A stretch of DNA of 63,492 nt, counting the filler, from Squatina squatina (taxonomy: Eukaryota), in assembly GCA_031763465.1 (NCBI GenBank). It is 4 parts of 4 records of this genome, joined end to end, with 100 filler letters (N's around TTAATTAATTAA, not from the genome) between each part and the next. Parts side by side here need not be neighbours in the genome. Positions count along the whole stretch, not along the records: positions 50,600 to 63,492 come from JARFOE010000001.1; 3 more parts are not named here. One strand, given 5' to 3'. This document shows positions 59,694 through 63,492 of this stretch, one piece after another. How positions within the stretch are numbered: the stretch's first letter is position 1; each line of letters begins with the position of its first letter. The translations under genes were made by a program, and so were the position numbers. A model generated the notes under the pieces. The model was not told the origin of the DNA. It saw only the letters and a list, made by a program, of their open reading frames with translations, and did no database searches.

Positions 59694-62442
59694 NNNNNNN
59701 NNNNNNNNNNNNNNNNNNNNNNNNNNNNNNNNNNNNNNNNNNNNNNNNNNNNNNNNNNNNNNNNNNNNNNNNNNNNNNNNNNNNNNNNNNNNNGATCCAT
59801 AAATGTTGTTTGACTAATTCTGGCAACCAGCTGGTGGTTATAACCTGCATGATGATGCCTCTTGATGTACTTCTCTGCAACTTTTTATCTCAAATACCTT
59901 TTAAGTGTTTTGGATAGTTTGTTGCCTGAACACATGGCTGGTCAAGGAAGAGCTTATTAGAGAACTAGCTTGGCTGAATTGCAGCTTCATGTCCTTTTCT
60001 ACCTTGGATGATTTCAGAGCCAAGTTTGTCCAAGGGATTGTTTTCAAGTGTGGTCCCCTCACTCTAATCTGTTTGCTCTTGCTATTTCACTAACAACAGC
60101 CTTTGTTATACAAATGTGACTGAGCAACAAACTCATCCAGTGTTAAAGCTGGCACTATGAAAGGACCAAATTATTAAGTCTTCTATTTTGAGTGATTTTG
60201 AGATGAAAGAAGGACTGCACACATGTTTTATGTTAACCAATAGCAACACTAATCATTCCTAAACATGTTACGATAATGTTTGAATTTTTAGTAGCTTTCA
60301 ATGTGTTATGTTTAATCACATGCCGTTCAATGGTTTTATCTGTTACACTTAATAACAAAAAGAGGAAATGAGGTGTATTACAGGAGAAAACAAGGTTTTG
60401 CACTTTTAGATTAAATTTTGGAATCATTTATTTAGGAACCAGAAAAAGAGAGTGCATAGCAGTCCACTGAACAAGGAGGATGCTTCAAGGGATCAGACAG
60501 ATTTATGTTAAATTGGCTTTATCAGATTTCTGGTTTGCTCATACGGGTGCAAGAATAACAGGTTATTAAATATAGGTAGTATGCAGTTCGGGTACTCAAA
60601 AATGTTTCATTGGCTGCGTTAAGNNNNNNNNNNNNNNNNNNNNNNNNNNNNNNNNNNNNNNNNNNNNNNNNNNNNNNNNNNNNNNNNNNNNNNNNNNNNN
60701 NNNNNNNNNNNNNNNNNNNNNNNNNNNNNNNNNNNNNNNNNNNNNNNNNNNNNNNNNNNNNNNNNNNNNNNNNNNNNNNNNNNNNNNNNNNNNNNNNNNN
60801 NNNNNNNNNNNNNNNNNNNNNNNNNNNNNNNNNNNNNNNNNNNNNNNNNNNNNNNNNNNNNNNNNNNNNNNNNNNNNNNNNNNNNNNNNNNNNNNNNNNN
60901 NNNNNNNNNNNNNNNNNNNNNNNNNNNNNNNNNNNNNNNNNNNNNNNNNNNNNNNNNNNNNNNNNNNNNNNNNNNNNNNNNNNNNNNNNNNNNNNNNNNN
61001 NNNNNNNNNNNNNNNNNNNNNNNNNNNNNNNNNNNNNNNNNNNNNNNNNNNNNNNNNNNNNNNNNNNNNNNNNNNNNNNNNNNNNNNNNNNNNNNNNNNN
61101 NNNNNNNNNNNNNNNNNNNNNNNNNNNNNNNNNNNNNNNNNNNNNNNNNNNNNNNNNNNNNNNNNNNNNNNNNNNNNNNNNNNNNNNNNNNNNNNNNNNN
61201 NNNNNNNNNNNNNNNNNNNNNNNNNNNNNNNNNNNNNNNNNNNNNNNNNNNNNNNNNNNNNNNNNNNNNNNNNNNNNNNATCTGTGCTGCTCATAATCCA
61301 ACCACATCCTCTGTGGGAGAAACCCTCCTATTACTTAATGTTGTAGAATTGGAAGCTCTAATTAAGCCTCTGCAACTCTTCAGTTTCCATCTCTCACCCT
61401 AAAAATGTTTCCAGTTACAACCTTAGCATTAATTTCATTTGCTTCTCTATTACCGTAATGAAGACCTTCCTTTCCCTCATGATTCAAACCACTGTCTTGG
61501 GAATCAGATTTGTTCCCATCGACAACACATCAAAATAGCCTTACATTAAAATGAGCTCCAGTCATGGTTTCCACTGTGATATCATCAAATCACATCCACT
61601 GGCAATAAGTAAGCTCAGTCCTATCCCTCTGGTTATCTGGACCACCCATGCACCAGCCGCTTAATACTTTTGTTTATAAATTATAACCCACCTGTTGTGT
61701 GCTGACTCAGTACTCTTAAATATACAGTGAAGAACACAAAGACTTAAAACTGATACTAGTCTATACTATATAAAACAGACTGCGGTATGCAAATGTTATT
61801 GGCTTCTGGTAGCTTTAGAGATTGTTGAATAACTTCAGTGATAAAACTTTATACAACTCCATAACCTCTATGCTGGGCATAAGTGCTAAAACAGTATTGA
61901 ATTAATAGTCTACGGTGTACAGTCTTGTACATTGAACAGGTCAAAGGTTGACAGAACTCACATAGTACAAATTAATTTTGTCATTTGATAGCAATCTAAA
62001 ACTATATGTTACTTAAAACTAGAATAAATATGTCAATGAATTGCACTTTTTTTAATCCTAATGTAAAATTCAAATCACTGTATTCTGTATAATTTGTCAT
62101 TGTCAACAGAAGAGTGCAACCCATTAACCGAACAGCAGCATGTGATCAGTTTTTTTTTGGCAGTTGGAAACTTGAATGGGTTCTGAATTTGTACCCGTCA
62201 TCTTTTGTACCACAAGTAAACTGTACAGACTGGACACTCCAAATTAGCCCTGACATCATAAAAACTCTGCTTTTGGGGTAGGCTTTGTGCCAGGAGCTGT
62301 TTAGTTGGTATGGTCCTGCTCTGCTCTTCCCCAGAATCTTAAAATTTCTCTCCTCCTTCCTCCTATTATTAACAGGCTTTTAAAAGCCAAGCTTTGTGCC
62401 ACATAGTTACCACTTCCTGATTTACCTTATCTAATATTTTAC

Positions 62443-62520
62443 CTCTTTCAACCTGCATAGTGTCTGCAGGACCAGGGATAATGTGTGCCAAGATTGGTTT
62501 TCCTCAATGTAGATGGAAAG
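62443..62520 (-). CDS. Candidate 78-nt coding exon of an unidentified gene
   Basis: ttttattgcgcag|LSIYIEENQSWHTLSLVLQTLCRLKE|gtaaaa. Phase 0-0, and this is the only open frame. Confidence 0.4.
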
Positions 62521-63492
62521 CTGCGCAATAAAATTGTTGAGGATACAGATAATAATGTTTCTGTCTATCTCTGCAAAGACTTTAAAAGATGATTCATTTT
62601 TGTCTTGGAAGAAAATATCCATTTTTGGGGGGTGGGAGGTTTAGCAGAAAAAGTATATTAATAGCAATGTAAACCACTGCTTGTCAAATAACCAGTGGAA
62701 AAGCTGACTAGATAAATCTTCACTGCCTCGTCACTGGAGAACTAAGCATCTCAATCAGAGATTGCCTGCCATAAAAACTATGCATATCTTGGAAACTGAA
62801 ATATCAGATAGCACCTGAGGAATTCATGTGCCAAAATAATGGCATCAATCTCTCCTCTCCCCAACACAATATGCATTTTGAATGGGCAACTCAGCTAAAT
62901 TCAGAGTTCTAAGCGTTCATTCAAAGCAAAATTAGTATAACGATGGTGTTGATTATGCCCAAAGAGTGACACCAGGAGTTGGGCACTACTGTTGTATTTA
63001 GGGAGGCCTATTGGCAACATTTCTGTATCTTCTTTAAACCAGCGCTTGCACAACGGAGTACTAAAACCTTTAATTGCCTTGATGCCATGTTCTTTGAAAA
63101 TTCACATACCTTTAAGAAGCATGTCGGGTAAAATGTTATAGCTGAGGTATTATTTTTAATTGCAGCTTTTTAAGTTAATATTAGCTAATTTAGTTGCTGG
63201 CTGTTTGTTATAGTATTGCCATTAATTTATTCACTGGCAAGGTATGACTTGTACATGCTTACATCCCCCATTGGAAAAAAAAAGTGCCGACATAAAAAGC
63301 AAATGCCTCAATTCATCCTTTTCTTTTATTCTTTTTCAAAGGCAAAAGGAAGTATTATTTTGAAGAATTCAAAAATCAACAAAAATAAGAGTCCGACTGG
63401 AAAATTTGTACAGCTTGAGACTCCGTTTTCTTTGCAGCCCGGTAACCTTGTGTCTGTAGCATTGGTTTCCTAACCAGATGACCATGGGTTTG

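Overview
Vertebrate genomic DNA, most likely a shark or other cartilaginous fish, inferred from SacSINE1/Deu-domain SINEs, shark-type CR1/L2/Penelope repeats and an expanded GPR139-like family. It is not one contiguous locus. It is a mosaic of short contigs joined by N gaps, mostly 100 N, and three artificial N44-TTAATTAATTAA-N44 linkers split it into four blocks. Block 1 (1-22245): an unidentified coiled-coil exon, a frameshifted GPR139-like pseudogene, probable SEA-repeat and Kelch/BACK gene remnants, one STRADB exon and one TRAK2 exon. Block 2 (22346-35277): exons of HIBADH, TAX1BP1 (including a GC-AG last intron) and JAZF1, the gene block that flanks HoxA. Block 3 (35378-50499): three BUB1B exons and candidate enhancers. 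Block 4 (50600-63492): mostly non-coding, with CNE-like stretches and one candidate exon. The rest is LINE, SINE and MITE debris. I see no demonstrable new biological system. The best leads are a decayed multi-SEA-domain gene within a pseudogene cluster, a fold-back MITE in the probable JAZF1 3'UTR, and a candidate HoxA-landscape enhancer in a TAX1BP1 intron. Homology calls come from recalled sequences and hand translation, not from database searches.
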